DNA of 64,000 bases, from NCBI GenBank assembly GCA_021790935.1, contig JAJYFL010000004.1:91142-155141 (forward strand), given 5' to 3'. Made by a program: the position numbers and the translations under genes. This stretch comes from a bacterium (lineage in GTDB: Bacteria > Vulcanimicrobiota > Vulcanimicrobiia > Vulcanimicrobiales > Vulcanimicrobiaceae). Position 1 is the stretch's first letter. Each line of letters opens with the position of its first letter. Below, piece by piece: positions 29,889-39,598 of the stretch. The notes beneath the pieces were generated by a model. The model made no database searches. It saw only the letters and a program-made list of their open reading frames with translations, and was not told the origin of the DNA.

Positions 29889-31523
29889 TCACTTGCCCGC
29901 GTGCCGGCCGAGCCAAGCAACGATCGTCTCCAGGACGCGAGGATCGATGCGGCCCGGAACGGTGAGGTATTGATGAAGTGCGGCCATCGGCGTTCGCGGT
30001 TCGCCGGCCGGCACGTGCATGAAGAGATGATTGTCGTCCGAGAAGAGCCGGACCGCGACGTGATGGTTGGCCGATCTCGCCGCCTTCACGAGGCGCGGCA
30101 AGTCTTTGGGGAGCACCTGCACGTCCGCGCTCCCTTCCAAGATCAGCATCGGACAACGAACGCGCGCGATATCGGCAGCGGGATCCACATCCATCGACGA
30201 CCGGTACCACGCCATGCCCGCGCCGGTTCGTTCACCGCTGCGAATAGCGGCCAGCGCTTGCAGTTCCCGCCGCCGCGTCCGTGCCCGTTCCTTCGGAGGC
30301 ACCGACTCGAGCGTCTGTTCCAGCGAGATTCGCCACAGCGGCAGCGCCGGCGGCGCCATCAGGATGATCCCGGCTACGCCGGGTTCCCGGGCTGCGACGG
30401 TCGGCACCAACTCGCCGCCCTCGCTGTGGCCGAGCAGATAGACGCGCTTGGGATCGACCTCGGGCTGCTTGCGTGCGAACGCATACGCGGCTTCGACATC
30501 CTCAAGCAGCTGCCGGCGCGTGGTGGTAGATGCCGATCCGCCGCTCTCTCCGATGCCGCGCTTATCGTATCGCAACACGAGGTAACCCGCATTCGAGAGC
30601 GCGTTGCTCAGCTGCAGGAAGACCGGATTCGGGCCGACCGCTTCGTTGCGGGTCTCCGGACCGCTACCGGCGACCAAGACCACGGCGGCGAAGGGACGCC
30701 TTCCGGCATTCGGGATCGTCACGGTGCCTGCGAGGCGCGTGCCGTCAGACGACCTGAAAGCAACGTCTTCGCTCCTGAAGTGCGGTTGCGGGGTGGGCAA
30801 CATCGTTGCCACGGGGGCGGGCGTGCCGATCTGCGTAACGGTGGGGCTGCTTGACGTCAGCCTAAACTCTGCCGACTGCGCCGGAATCTCGATGGCACGA
30901 ACCAGGTACGTGCCGGGATCGTACCAATAGATCTCTCGCAGGCCGCTCGCGCCGATATCGACGACCAGGTCTGCATCCGTGGCCGGAACGAAGACCGGGC
31001 GCTTTTCGCTGACCTTCGCAACGACGTGGGCCTCGATTGCCTTCCCGCCGCTAAGGACGGCCAGCGTGAAGGCTTCCGCGCCCGTTGCATGGAGGAGCGC
31101 CGGTATCAGGAGATTCGTGCCCACGAGATTGTCGGAGACGATCTCCAGCGGTGCCGAAGGATCGGCTTTGATATCGACGCTCTGGCCGGGAACGCGGACG
31201 TTTACGGCGCCCGGCTCGAACGTGACGGTCGTGTGCTGCGGCCCCTGCGGCAGATTGAAGTCGGCGGAGTAGGCCGTCTCCGCGAGCGTCGCGGCATCGT
31301 ATTGCGTGGCCGCCGTGGCGTTGACGTTTAGCAGCCGCGCGTTCTCTCGTACCGTAATCGTGCCGGGCACCGAGCCGATGACGATGGTACTCTTCCCGAG
31401 CGTGCTGCCTCCCACGACGATCTCGTAGACATACGTACCGTTGGGTGGGCGTACCGGCAAGGATGACGGCGCGGCGGCCGTGCCGGCAAGCAAGACGAGG
31501 GAGAGGAGTGCGAGTCTCCTCAC
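29889..31523 (-). CDS. Secreted alpha/beta hydrolase (S9 peptidase-like) with an N-terminal beta-rich domain
   Basis: A GTG start gives the signal peptide MRRLALLSLVLLAGTAAAPS. The nucleophile elbow is GHSEGG. The track ORF is artificially extended upstream across the SPFH gene. Confidence 0.7.
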   Translation of the reverse strand: MRRLALLSLVLLAGTAAAPSSLPVRPPNGTYVYEIVVGGSTLGKSTIVIGSVPGTITVRENARLLNVNATAATQYDAATLAETAYSADFNLPQGPQHTTVTFEPGAVNVRVPGQSVDIKADPSAPLEIVSDNLVGTNLLIPALLHATGAEAFTLAVLSGGKAIEAHVVAKVSEKRPVFVPATDADLVVDIGASGLREIYWYDPGTYLVRAIEIPAQSAEFRLTSSSPTVTQIGTPAPVATMLPTPQPHFRSEDVAFRSSDGTRLAGTVTIPNAGRRPFAAVVLVAGSGPETRNEAVGPNPVFLQLSNALSNAGYLVLRYDKRGIGESGGSASTTTRRQLLEDVEAAYAFARKQPEVDPKRVYLLGHSEGGELVPTVAAREPGVAGIILMAPPALPLWRISLEQTLESVPPKERARTRRRELQALAAIRSGERTGAGMAWYRSSMDVDPAADIARVRCPMLILEGSADVQVLPKDLPRLVKAARSANHHVAVRLFSDDNHLFMHVPAGEPRTPMAALHQYLTVPGRIDPRVLETIVAWLGRHAGK

Positions 31524-32479
31524 TATTGCGCGCTCCCTTCCGGCAGCTGTTGCTGCAGCTGCGAACCGGCGAGCCCGGTCAGGCCCGTGATCGTGCCCAG
31601 ACCCATCGACTCGACCGCCGTGCTCGGCACCACGATCATCGCGCCCTTCTCCTTGAGCCCTTCGTAGAGCATGTTCATGGCGCGCAGATGGAGCGCGGTC
31701 GGGTTGCCCTCGTAGGCCTTCGCGGCGTCGACGAACGTCTGCGCGATCTCTTTCTCCGCCGAGCCCAAGATCACGCGCGCCTGGCGTTCGCGTTCGGCCT
31801 GGGCCTGGCGCGACATCGCGTCCTGCAGCACGTCGGGAATCTTGATGTCGCGTATCTCCACCGATTGCACGGTGATGCCCCACGGGGTCGTTCGCGCGTC
31901 GATCGCCTTTTGCAGATACTCGTCGACGGTTTGGCGATTCGAGAGCAGATCGGCGAGCGTGGTGGTGCCGATGATATCGCGGAGCGCCGTCTGCGCCGCC
32001 CAGCCGATAGCCGCTCCGTAGTCGGCGACCTCGAGCGCGGCCTTCTGCGCGTCCCAAACGATCCAGAAGAGCACCGCATCGACGTCGACGGGAACGGTGT
32101 CTTTGGTGAGCGATTCTTCCGCGGTGAAGGTCGTGGTCTGCACGCGGTGGTCGATCCAGTTGGCGATAGCGTCGACGGCCGGGATCAGCCAGAACAGCCC
32201 CGGGCCGACGAGCCGCGAGAAGTGCCCCGCACGCAAGACTACCGCTTTCTCCCACGCCTTCGCCATCTGCAGCGACACCAAGACGATCGCCGCGACGACG
32301 ACCGCAACGGCGATCGGCCACGCCTGGTTCGTGGCGGCCGTCGCACTCGAGCCGATCGCGATGACGATCGCGGCGACCGTCCAGGAGATGGCGTTGCCGA
32401 AATGCGCCGCGGGCCGGTTGACCGGCTGCATCTTCGGGGCGCCCGAGGTCGGGGGAACGACCGCTCTAACGAGTTGCAT
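31523..32479 (-). CDS. SPFH/band-7 (stomatin-like) domain protein
   Basis: An N-terminal TM segment is followed by an SPFH core (KDTVPVDVDAVLFWIV...ERERQARV). Confidence 0.8.
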   Translation of the reverse strand: MQLVRAVVPPTSGAPKMQPVNRPAAHFGNAISWTVAAIVIAIGSSATAATNQAWPIAVAVVVAAIVLVSLQMAKAWEKAVVLRAGHFSRLVGPGLFWLIPAVDAIANWIDHRVQTTTFTAEESLTKDTVPVDVDAVLFWIVWDAQKAALEVADYGAAIGWAAQTALRDIIGTTTLADLLSNRQTVDEYLQKAIDARTTPWGITVQSVEIRDIKIPDVLQDAMSRQAQAERERQARVILGSAEKEIAQTFVDAAKAYEGNPTALHLRAMNMLYEGLKEKGAMIVVPSTAVESMGLGTITGLTGLAGSQLQQQLPEGSAQ

Positions 32480-32494
32480 ATCTCTCCTATTCGT

Positions 32495-32878
32495 TTATCG
32501 TTGCTTACGAAGTTGTGCCTCGGCGGCGCGCCCGATCTCGTCGGCTTCGAAGCCGAGCGACCGTGCCTGCGCGACGAAGCGTTCGGCGAGTTCCAAGAGT
32601 TTGATCCGATGCGGACGCCGGTCTCCCCGCGCGTTGCCGGCCACAAACGTGCCGCGCCCCCGCTGCGTCTGCAAGATCCCTTCGCGTTCGAGCTCGGCGT
32701 ATGCGCGGTTGACGGTGTTCGGATTGACGGTCAGAGCTACCGCAACTTCGCGCACGGTGGGCAGCTGGTCGCCGCGACGAAGCGATCCGCGTGCGATCGC
32801 ATGCAGGACCTGGTCGCGTAGTTGCAGGTAGACCGGGACGCCCGAGCGCTCGTCCAACCGGAGTTCTTCTGTCCGCAT
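32495..32878 (-). CDS. GntR family transcriptional regulator (YtrA-like, short)
   Basis: HTH with PTVREVAVALTVNPNTVNRAYAELEREG. Confidence 0.85.
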   Translation of the reverse strand: MRTEELRLDERSGVPVYLQLRDQVLHAIARGSLRRGDQLPTVREVAVALTVNPNTVNRAYAELEREGILQTQRGRGTFVAGNARGDRRPHRIKLLELAERFVAQARSLGFEADEIGRAAEAQLRKQR

Positions 32879-32884
32879 CTCAAT

Positions 32885-32904
32885 TGTATTACTGTATTAA
32901 TACA
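32885..32904. promoter_or_regulatory. AT-rich palindromic operator-like site upstream of the GntR gene
   Basis: TGTATTA-CTG-TATTAATACA contains the perfect palindrome GTATTAATAC ~16 bp upstream of the GntR start codon. Confidence 0.4.
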
Positions 32905-32961
32905 CTAGGACTCTAGCCCAGCCGGGCGGGTCTTGTCAAGTCTCGCGGCGCGGCCGAGGCG

Positions 32962-33453
32962 CTATCGCCGTACGTGGCGGGCCATCTCGCGCTCCACGTC
33001 GCGCTTGGCGACGGCCTCACGCTTGTCCCAGATCTTCTTTCCTCGTGCTAAGCCGATCTCGACCTTCACCTTGCCGCGCGTGAAGTAGAGGCGCAGCGGC
33101 ACGATCGTGAGTCCCTTTTCGGCAGCCCGGCCGCCCAGACGCTCGATCTGCTCCTTGTGCAGCAGCAGTTTGCGCGGGCGGTTTGGCTCGACGTTTGAGA
33201 AACTGCCTTCTTTGTACGCCTGCACGTGCATGCCGAGCAGCCATAGTTCGCCATCACGCATGCGCGCGTAGGCTTCGTTCAAACTGACGCCGCCTTGACG
33301 GATCGACTTGATCTCCGTCCCCGTGAGGGCCAGCCCCGCCTCCATCGATTCGAGGATATGATACTCGTGGCGCGCACGGCGGTTGTCGACGGCCGGCGCG
33401 TCGGTCTTACGCTGCGCGCTCTCTTCGGCGCGCTTGCTCTTCATCTTTGCCAT
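32962..33453 (-). CDS. smpB: SsrA-binding protein
   Basis: Canonical SmpB sequence (NRRARHEYHILE...GTEIKS...LLLHK). Confidence 0.9.
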   Translation of the reverse strand: MAKMKSKRAEESAQRKTDAPAVDNRRARHEYHILESMEAGLALTGTEIKSIRQGGVSLNEAYARMRDGELWLLGMHVQAYKEGSFSNVEPNRPRKLLLHKEQIERLGGRAAEKGLTIVPLRLYFTRGKVKVEIGLARGKKIWDKREAVAKRDVEREMARHVRR

Positions 33454-33470
33454 CGCGAAGGGGCGTCCGG

Positions 33471-33890
33471 CTATTCCCAGCTGCCCTTGGTGACGAAATG
33501 CCCCGAAGCTTCGACCAAGAGGTTCCCGTCGCCGTCACAAACGCGCGCGTCGATGGCGAGGACGTTGCGGCGACGCCATTTGACCTCGCCTTCCAGCACG
33601 AGGGGCGCGCCGAGCGGAACGGGTTTGCGGAAGCGCGCCGAGATGCCGGCGGTCATCCCGCGAAAGCCCGCAGCGGCGGCGGCGTGCGCCATCGCCTCGT
33701 CGAGCAGCGCCATCGCGATTCCGCCGTGAGCGATGCCTTGCCATCCCTGGAACTGCGGCTCGAGTTGCGCGCGGGCGCGGACGCTCTGCTCGCCGCTGCG
33801 CTCGAAGTGTAAGTGCAGCCCGATGGGATTCTCCGGACCGCACGCAAAGCACCGTCCGTCGTCGATCGGCCTTTCGGCGTTGTCGATCAC
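33471..33890 (-). CDS. PaaI/hotdog-fold thioesterase
   Basis: FACGPENPIGLHL and GGIAMALLD motifs. A GTG start overlaps the upstream stop (GTGA). Confidence 0.7.
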   Translation of the reverse strand: MIDNAERPIDDGRCFACGPENPIGLHLHFERSGEQSVRARAQLEPQFQGWQGIAHGGIAMALLDEAMAHAAAAAGFRGMTAGISARFRKPVPLGAPLVLEGEVKWRRRNVLAIDARVCDGDGNLLVEASGHFVTKGSWE

Positions 33891-34612
33891 CGGCCGACCC
33901 CGAGCCGCGCAGCCAGCAGATCCGGTAGCGCCGCCGCGTGGATCTTCTCCTGGACCTCGGCGATAGGGTACTCGTAACGCACCCATTCGACGCGCCTGCG
34001 CTCGGGTTCGTAGAACACCATCGAAGCCTTGGGATTGAGGTCCCGCGGCTGGCCGACGCTGCCGACATCGACGATGTAGCGCTTCCCCTCCTCGAGTTCG
34101 AGCTCGCCGCCTTGCTGCACGTGTTTGTGCGAGATGCCGCCGTCGGCCTCGCAGACGTAATACTCGGCGATGTGCGTGTGGCCGATGAAGATGAGCGACG
34201 CGTCCGTATTCGCAAAAGCCTTCGCGGCCGAACGTTTGTCGAGAACGTACTCGAAATAATCCACCGGCGCGCCGTGCACCAGTAGGAACTCGCCCTGGCG
34301 CACTTCGTAGCTCAAGGCGTTCAGCCAGGCAAGGTTCTCCGGTTCGATCACGGTCTGCGTCCACGCGATCGCCTTGCGCGCGGCTTCGTTGAAGTACTCG
34401 ATGCCGAAGTTGTCGATCGCAGCCACGTCGTGGTTGCCGAGCACCGTCGCGTACGCGCGCTCGCGAATGAGACGCACGCACTCGTTGGGATTGGGACCGT
34501 AGCCGACGATATCGCCCAAGCACAAGACGCGGTCGTCGGGCGTCGCCAGCGCGAGCGCCCGCTCCAGCGATTCGATGTTGCCGTGCACGTCCGAAACGAT
34601 CGCGTACCTCAC
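33887..34612 (-). CDS. Metallophosphoesterase (YfcE/MJ0936-like)
   Basis: DVHGN, GDIVGYGP and GNHD motifs. Confidence 0.8.
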   Translation of the reverse strand: MRYAIVSDVHGNIESLERALALATPDDRVLCLGDIVGYGPNPNECVRLIRERAYATVLGNHDVAAIDNFGIEYFNEAARKAIAWTQTVIEPENLAWLNALSYEVRQGEFLLVHGAPVDYFEYVLDKRSAAKAFANTDASLIFIGHTHIAEYYVCEADGGISHKHVQQGGELELEEGKRYIVDVGSVGQPRDLNPKASMVFYEPERRRVEWVRYEYPIAEVQEKIHAAALPDLLAARLGVGR

Positions 34613-35712
34613 GAAGGCAGCGCCTCGGCCGTAGCGGCAAGGTGACGCGCGAAATCCCGCCGCTGATCGGGCGTCCCGACGCTGACGCGGATGAAGCGAT
34701 CCAACGGCGGTGCGCCCGGCTTGCGGATGAAGACCCCGCGGCGCAGGAGATCGCCTACTACCAGCGTGGCGCGCTCCGCGCTCTCGAAATCGATGCAGAC
34801 GAAATTCGTATGCGATTGCAGGTACGCGCGCCCGAGCGATCGGGCCAGCGCGTAATAATCCGTGCGGCCGGCGGCGACCTCGGCGACGACGCGTTGCTTG
34901 AAGGCGTCGTCGCCGAGGGCGGCGAGCGCTCCGACCTGCGCGTTACGGTTCACGCCGTACTGCAGGCAGATCTTCTGCAGCGTGCGCACGTTCCGCTCTG
35001 CGGCGATCGCGTAACCGATACGCGCCCCGGCCATGCCGTAAACCTTCGAAAACGTGCGCGCGCGCAGCACCTGCGGGCTATCGATATCGGCGAAGGCGCG
35101 CTCGTTTTCGGCAAACTCCGCGTAGGCCTCGTCCAAGAAGAGCAGCGTCCGTTCCGGCAGCGCCTCGCAAAGCCGCTCGATCTCGCCGGCAGGCAGCACG
35201 CTCCCGCTCGGGTTGTCGGGGTTGGCGACGTAGAGAATCGCCGGGCGCACCCGGTGGGCTGCGGCTATCAACGCGTCGACGTCGACGAACCCGTCCGGCG
35301 TATAATCGACGGTCGCGAGCTTCCCGCCGTAGCCCGCGACGTGGTAGCCGAACGTCGGGTAGGTGCCGCGCGTGGCGAGCGCGCTTTCGCCCGGCGCCAA
35401 AAACGCGCGCACGGCGAGCCCCATGAGGTCGTCGATGCCCGCCCCAACGCCGATCTCGCCGATCGCCCGCCCGTGCTTGAGTGCCAGCTCCGCTCGCAGC
35501 GCGTACGACTCCGGGTCGCCGTACCACCAAAGGCGCGGCAACTCTGCAGCCATCGCCTCGATCGCCTTGGGCGAGGGGCCGAAGGCGCTCTCGTTCGCTC
35601 CCAGGCGAAGAAGCGAGGCGAGGCCGGCCTCGCGCATCAGGTGCTCGGGTCCGACGAACGGCGTGGTGAAGGGTAGCGCTTCAACGTGCGGTGCGGCCAG
35701 GAACGCTTTCAC
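34609..35712 (-). CDS. hisC: Histidinol-phosphate aminotransferase
   Basis: Class II aminotransferase with LGANESAFGPSP and the SKVYGMAGARIGY lysine motif. The GTG start is chosen after the moeA stop. Confidence 0.8.
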   Translation of the reverse strand: MKAFLAAPHVEALPFTTPFVGPEHLMREAGLASLLRLGANESAFGPSPKAIEAMAAELPRLWWYGDPESYALRAELALKHGRAIGEIGVGAGIDDLMGLAVRAFLAPGESALATRGTYPTFGYHVAGYGGKLATVDYTPDGFVDVDALIAAAHRVRPAILYVANPDNPSGSVLPAGEIERLCEALPERTLLFLDEAYAEFAENERAFADIDSPQVLRARTFSKVYGMAGARIGYAIAAERNVRTLQKICLQYGVNRNAQVGALAALGDDAFKQRVVAEVAAGRTDYYALARSLGRAYLQSHTNFVCIDFESAERATLVVGDLLRRGVFIRKPGAPPLDRFIRVSVGTPDQRRDFARHLAATAEALPS

Positions 35713-35744
35713 GCCGTTCTCTTGGCCTCGGCACCCGGCGACGC

Positions 35745-37004
35745 CTATCTTCGCGCCGTACGAAAAGCGACGACACTCACGCGCTCGCCCGCGCCCACCT
35801 TTGCAATCTCCTCGCCAAGCAGCAGATACCCGTGCGCGCGCGCCAAGAGGCTGACGTGCGAGGAACGCATCGGCAGCGGATGCACGACGGGGATGCTTCC
35901 GGCCTCCCGTTCGACCGGTACGATCCACGTCCAGCCCGCACGCTTCTCGATATCGGCGCCAAGCGTCGCCTCGAAGACCGGCGCCGGCACGAGCGCACCA
36001 AGGAGCGCCGCGACGATCGGCGCTACCACGGCTTCGAGAATGAGGAGCGCCGAGGCGGGATTGCCGGGCAGACCGATGGCCGGCTTCCCGCCCACGGCGG
36101 CCAGGACCGTCGGTTTTCCCGGTTTCACCCGAATGCCGTGAACGATGACGCCGGGAGCGCCGAGCCGCTCGAGCACCTGCGGCGTCAGGTCTCGCTCGCC
36201 GACCGAAGAGCCTCCGGTCAGGACGAGACCGTCGCAATCGCAGAGCGCCCCGCGCAGCGCACCTTCCATCGCCGCCTCGTCGTCGCGCACGATCGGATAG
36301 AGGCGCGCTAGCGCCCCCAAACCTTCCAGAGCCGCGCCGATGGCCCAGCTATTGGAATCGCGAATCTGGCCGAGATCCGTTGCCTTCGCAGCATCGACCA
36401 ACTCGTCACCGCTGGAGACCACGCCGAAGAGCGGACGCCGAAAGACGGGGACCTCCACGATGCCCAGCGTCGCCAGCACGCCCAATTCGGCCGCACCGAT
36501 GGTACGTCCGCACTCGATCGCCGGCTCACCGGCGCGCATATCCGAGCCGCGCGGCGTCACGCAGTCTCCGGCATCCACCGCGCCTTCGACGACGACGCTC
36601 GCGCCGTCGATGCGCGCATCCTCGATGGGAACGACGGCGTCCGCACCGGCGGGGATCATGCCGCCCGTCGGGATGCGCCACGCGCTGCCCGGCGCGAGCG
36701 CCTCCGATGGGGCGCTTCCCATGCGCACCTCGCCCGCGAGGGCGAGCCGTCCCGGCGTAGCGCGCGAATCGACGGCAAAGCCGTCCATCGTCGAGCGCGC
36801 TCCCGCGGGGTAGTCGGCATCGGCGGCAATCGGCTCGGCGAGCACGCGGTGCAGAGCGCGCGAGAGGGCCACGCGTTCGATCTGCGGCGCCGCCAACCGC
36901 GCGCGCGTTAAAAACGCGATCAGCGCCTGCTCGGGTCCGGGCAGCCGCGCGGCGTCGAATCCCGTTTCTGCCAACCTCGGTAGGAGTGGCTTCGCACCTC
37001 GCAT
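35745..37004 (-). CDS. moeA: Molybdopterin molybdenumtransferase MoeA
   Basis: MoeA N-terminal, MoCF-biosynthesis and C-terminal domains (GGVSMG-like GGSSVGERD, PGNPASA). Confidence 0.85.
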   Translation of the reverse strand: MRGAKPLLPRLAETGFDAARLPGPEQALIAFLTRARLAAPQIERVALSRALHRVLAEPIAADADYPAGARSTMDGFAVDSRATPGRLALAGEVRMGSAPSEALAPGSAWRIPTGGMIPAGADAVVPIEDARIDGASVVVEGAVDAGDCVTPRGSDMRAGEPAIECGRTIGAAELGVLATLGIVEVPVFRRPLFGVVSSGDELVDAAKATDLGQIRDSNSWAIGAALEGLGALARLYPIVRDDEAAMEGALRGALCDCDGLVLTGGSSVGERDLTPQVLERLGAPGVIVHGIRVKPGKPTVLAAVGGKPAIGLPGNPASALLILEAVVAPIVAALLGALVPAPVFEATLGADIEKRAGWTWIVPVEREAGSIPVVHPLPMRSSHVSLLARAHGYLLLGEEIAKVGAGERVSVVAFRTARR

Positions 37005-37023
37005 AATGCCGCGGTTCTCCACT

Positions 37024-38319
37024 ATGTTAGATATCGTGCTCGTTCGTCGCGATCCCGAACGCGTCCGGCGTTCGGCCGAGCGCCGCGGACTCGACGCATC
37101 GTTCGTCGACCGGGTTCTGCACTTGGATGCGGAGTACCGCTCCGCGCTCGCCGATGCGCAGCGGGCCAAAGCCGAGAAAAACGTACTCTCCGCCGAGATC
37201 GGCAAAGCCGCCGACAAGGCCGCCGCGGCGCGTGCGCTGCGCGCGCCGCTCGATGCGCTCGCCGAGCGCATCGCGGCCGGTGAAGCGCGTGCCAAGAGCC
37301 TCTCCCCCGATGCGGCCGAATCGCCGTTGCGCGAGTTGCTCGCGCAATCGCCCAATCTGCTGGACGACTCCGTCCCCGACGGCGCGGGCGAGGCGGACAA
37401 CCCCGTCGTGCGCGCGAGCGGAACTCCGCCGCAGTTCGATTTCGAACCCAAGCCCCATTGGGAGCTCGGCGAATCGCTGGGCATCCTCGATTTCGCGCGC
37501 GCCTCACGCCTTTCGGGGAGCCGGTTCTCCGTGCTGTCGGGCGCGGGAGCCCGGCTGCAGCGCGCCGTCGCGCAGTTTTTTCTCGACCGCGCCGGCCGGA
37601 ACGGCTACCTCGAAATCGCGCCGCCGCTCTTGGTGACGCGCGAGACGATGTGGTCGACCGGGCAACTCACCAAATTTTCCGACGCGATGTTCCAGGACCG
37701 GGACGCGGATCTGTTCATGATTCCGACGGCCGAGGTTCCCCTCACCGCACTGCACGCCGGCGAGATCCTGGATGCCGCCTCGCTGCCGCGCAAGTTCGCC
37801 GCGCACACGCCGTGTTTTCGCAAAGAGGCCGGAGCCGCGGGTAAAGATACGCGCGGCTTGATACGCCAGCATCAGTTCGAAAAGGTCGAACTCGTGTGGC
37901 TCGCTCTTCCCGATCGCTCCTTCGAGGCACTCGAGACGCTCGTGCGCGACGCCGAGGGCCTGCTCGTGGAACTGGAACTCCCCTACCGCGTGGTCGCGCT
38001 CTGCTCGGCCGACACCGGCTTCAACGCCGCCAAGACCTACGACCTGGAGGTATGGCTGCCGAGCGCGCGCACCTATCGAGAGATCAGTTCCTGTTCGAAC
38101 TGCACCGACTTCCAAGCTCGGCGCAGCGCGATTCGCTTCCGCCGCGATCCGGCCGGCAAGCCCGAATTCGTGCACACGCTCAACGGCTCCGGCCTCGCGG
38201 TTGGGCGCACGCTGGTAGCCATACTCGAGAACTACCAGCAGGCCGACGGCACCATCCGCGTCCCAACTGCCCTCCAGCCGTATCTGGCCTGCGAGACGAT
38301 CTCCGCCGCGACCCGTTAA
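37024..38319 (+). CDS. serS: Serine--tRNA ligase
   Basis: N-terminal coiled-coil arm and class II motifs (FRKEAGAAGKDTRGLIRQHQFEKVE, GSGLAVGR). Confidence 0.9.
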   Translation: MLDIVLVRRDPERVRRSAERRGLDASFVDRVLHLDAEYRSALADAQRAKAEKNVLSAEIGKAADKAAAARALRAPLDALAERIAAGEARAKSLSPDAAESPLRELLAQSPNLLDDSVPDGAGEADNPVVRASGTPPQFDFEPKPHWELGESLGILDFARASRLSGSRFSVLSGAGARLQRAVAQFFLDRAGRNGYLEIAPPLLVTRETMWSTGQLTKFSDAMFQDRDADLFMIPTAEVPLTALHAGEILDAASLPRKFAAHTPCFRKEAGAAGKDTRGLIRQHQFEKVELVWLALPDRSFEALETLVRDAEGLLVELELPYRVVALCSADTGFNAAKTYDLEVWLPSARTYREISSCSNCTDFQARRSAIRFRRDPAGKPEFVHTLNGSGLAVGRTLVAILENYQQADGTIRVPTALQPYLACETISAATR

Positions 38320-38667
38320 CTAACGCCCGCGCTCCAGGAACTCGGCGAGCCGTTCCACGTAGTCGGAACGCTCCGTGGCCTGCGGCAGCGCGCCGCGCCG
38401 GCCCGCGATGCGCACGCGCGTGCGCCCCTCGCCCGTCGCTTCAAACGAGCACGTCAGCCGCTCGGAGAAGGTGAGCCCAAAGGTCGCTTCGATCGTCCCG
38501 CGCGCGCGGTCGCTCTCGCGCACGACGCCGCCCAGCACCCGATCGATACCTTCGAGCGTACGGTCGAAGAGCGCTTCAGGAGGCTCGTCGAACTCGAGCG
38601 CGCGGTGCGGGTGCAGCGATACGTGCCGAGACTTCTCGATGCGCAGCCACTTCAGAAGGAAACTCAC
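38320..38667 (-). CDS. Hypothetical protein (115 aa)
   Basis: Intact ORF abutting the Crp-like gene. No family assigned. Confidence 0.4.
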   Translation of the reverse strand: MSFLLKWLRIEKSRHVSLHPHRALEFDEPPEALFDRTLEGIDRVLGGVVRESDRARGTIEATFGLTFSERLTCSFEATGEGRTRVRIAGRRGALPQATERSDYVERLAEFLERGR

Positions 38668-39594
38668 TTACGACGGGTTCAGGACCTCGACCAATTTCTC
38701 GCGATCGAGATACCGAATGCGCCCGCGCTCGCGCTTGAGCGCTTCGCGGCCCTCGAGATCGGCGATGGCGCGCGCCGCCACCTCCTTCACCGTGCCGGCG
38801 GCGGCGGCGATCTGCGACTGCGTCATGCTCGGTAGCGGCGCGAGTACCGCGTGCAGCCCTCGCTCCGAGGCGGCGTACGGCAGCAGCGCGTTGGCGACGC
38901 GCGCGATGATCGGCAGCGAGACCTGCGCGTTGAGCGCGTCGGTCAGCAAGCGAGCGCGCTGCGCGCACACTTCGCCCAGCGCCGCCAGCAGCGTGTGATT
39001 GCGCTGCGAAACCAAACGCAGAACGCGGCTTGGAATGAGCGCGTAGCGCGCGGTCTTAGATATCACGGCGATACGCCCCATCGTGCGCCCGCGGTCGAAG
39101 AACTCCACGATCCCGAACATCTCGAACGGAAGGTACTCATAGAGCAGCCGGTCGCGATTGATGCCGCTGCAGGAGCGTGCGAGCGAACCGCTCCACACCA
39201 CGCCGACGCCGCTCAGCAATTCGTTTTCGCGAACGACGACGTGCCCCTTGCGCTCTTCGTGCTCGTCCATCGCGTCGATGATGTGCTGGAGAACGGCGCG
39301 ATCGACGTGCGCGAAGGGGCGGATGCGCCGTAGCCGCTCGAGCGCCGACGGTTCCGCCGAATCGCCATCGACGCGGGTCATCTCTCCGAGCCACTCGCCG
39401 CTGCCGACGTGGCGATAGCGCCATAATGCCTGCCGGGGCCGGATGCGATCGAGGCTGGCGGCCAGCGTGCGCGGGTGGTACTCGGCGACGACCGTGAGCG
39501 AGCCGCCGACGTCGAGCGCGTCGAGGGCCGTTGTTACGAGGGCCGGGCGATCCCACATGGGGACGCTCCGTAAGTCGATCCGTGATTCGGTCAT
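38668..39594 (-). CDS. Crp/Fnr family transcriptional regulator with an N-terminal extra domain (DUF2249-like)
   Basis: A cNMP-binding-like region and a C-terminal HTH (TQSQIAAAAGTVKEVAARAI) are present. The N-terminal ~100 aa resemble DUF2249, but this is not verified. Start at Met25. Confidence 0.55.
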   Translation of the reverse strand: MTESRIDLRSVPMWDRPALVTTALDALDVGGSLTVVAEYHPRTLAASLDRIRPRQALWRYRHVGSGEWLGEMTRVDGDSAEPSALERLRRIRPFAHVDRAVLQHIIDAMDEHEERKGHVVVRENELLSGVGVVWSGSLARSCSGINRDRLLYEYLPFEMFGIVEFFDRGRTMGRIAVISKTARYALIPSRVLRLVSQRNHTLLAALGEVCAQRARLLTDALNAQVSLPIIARVANALLPYAASERGLHAVLAPLPSMTQSQIAAAAGTVKEVAARAIADLEGREALKRERGRIRYLDREKLVEVLNPS

Positions 39595-39598
39595 ACCC

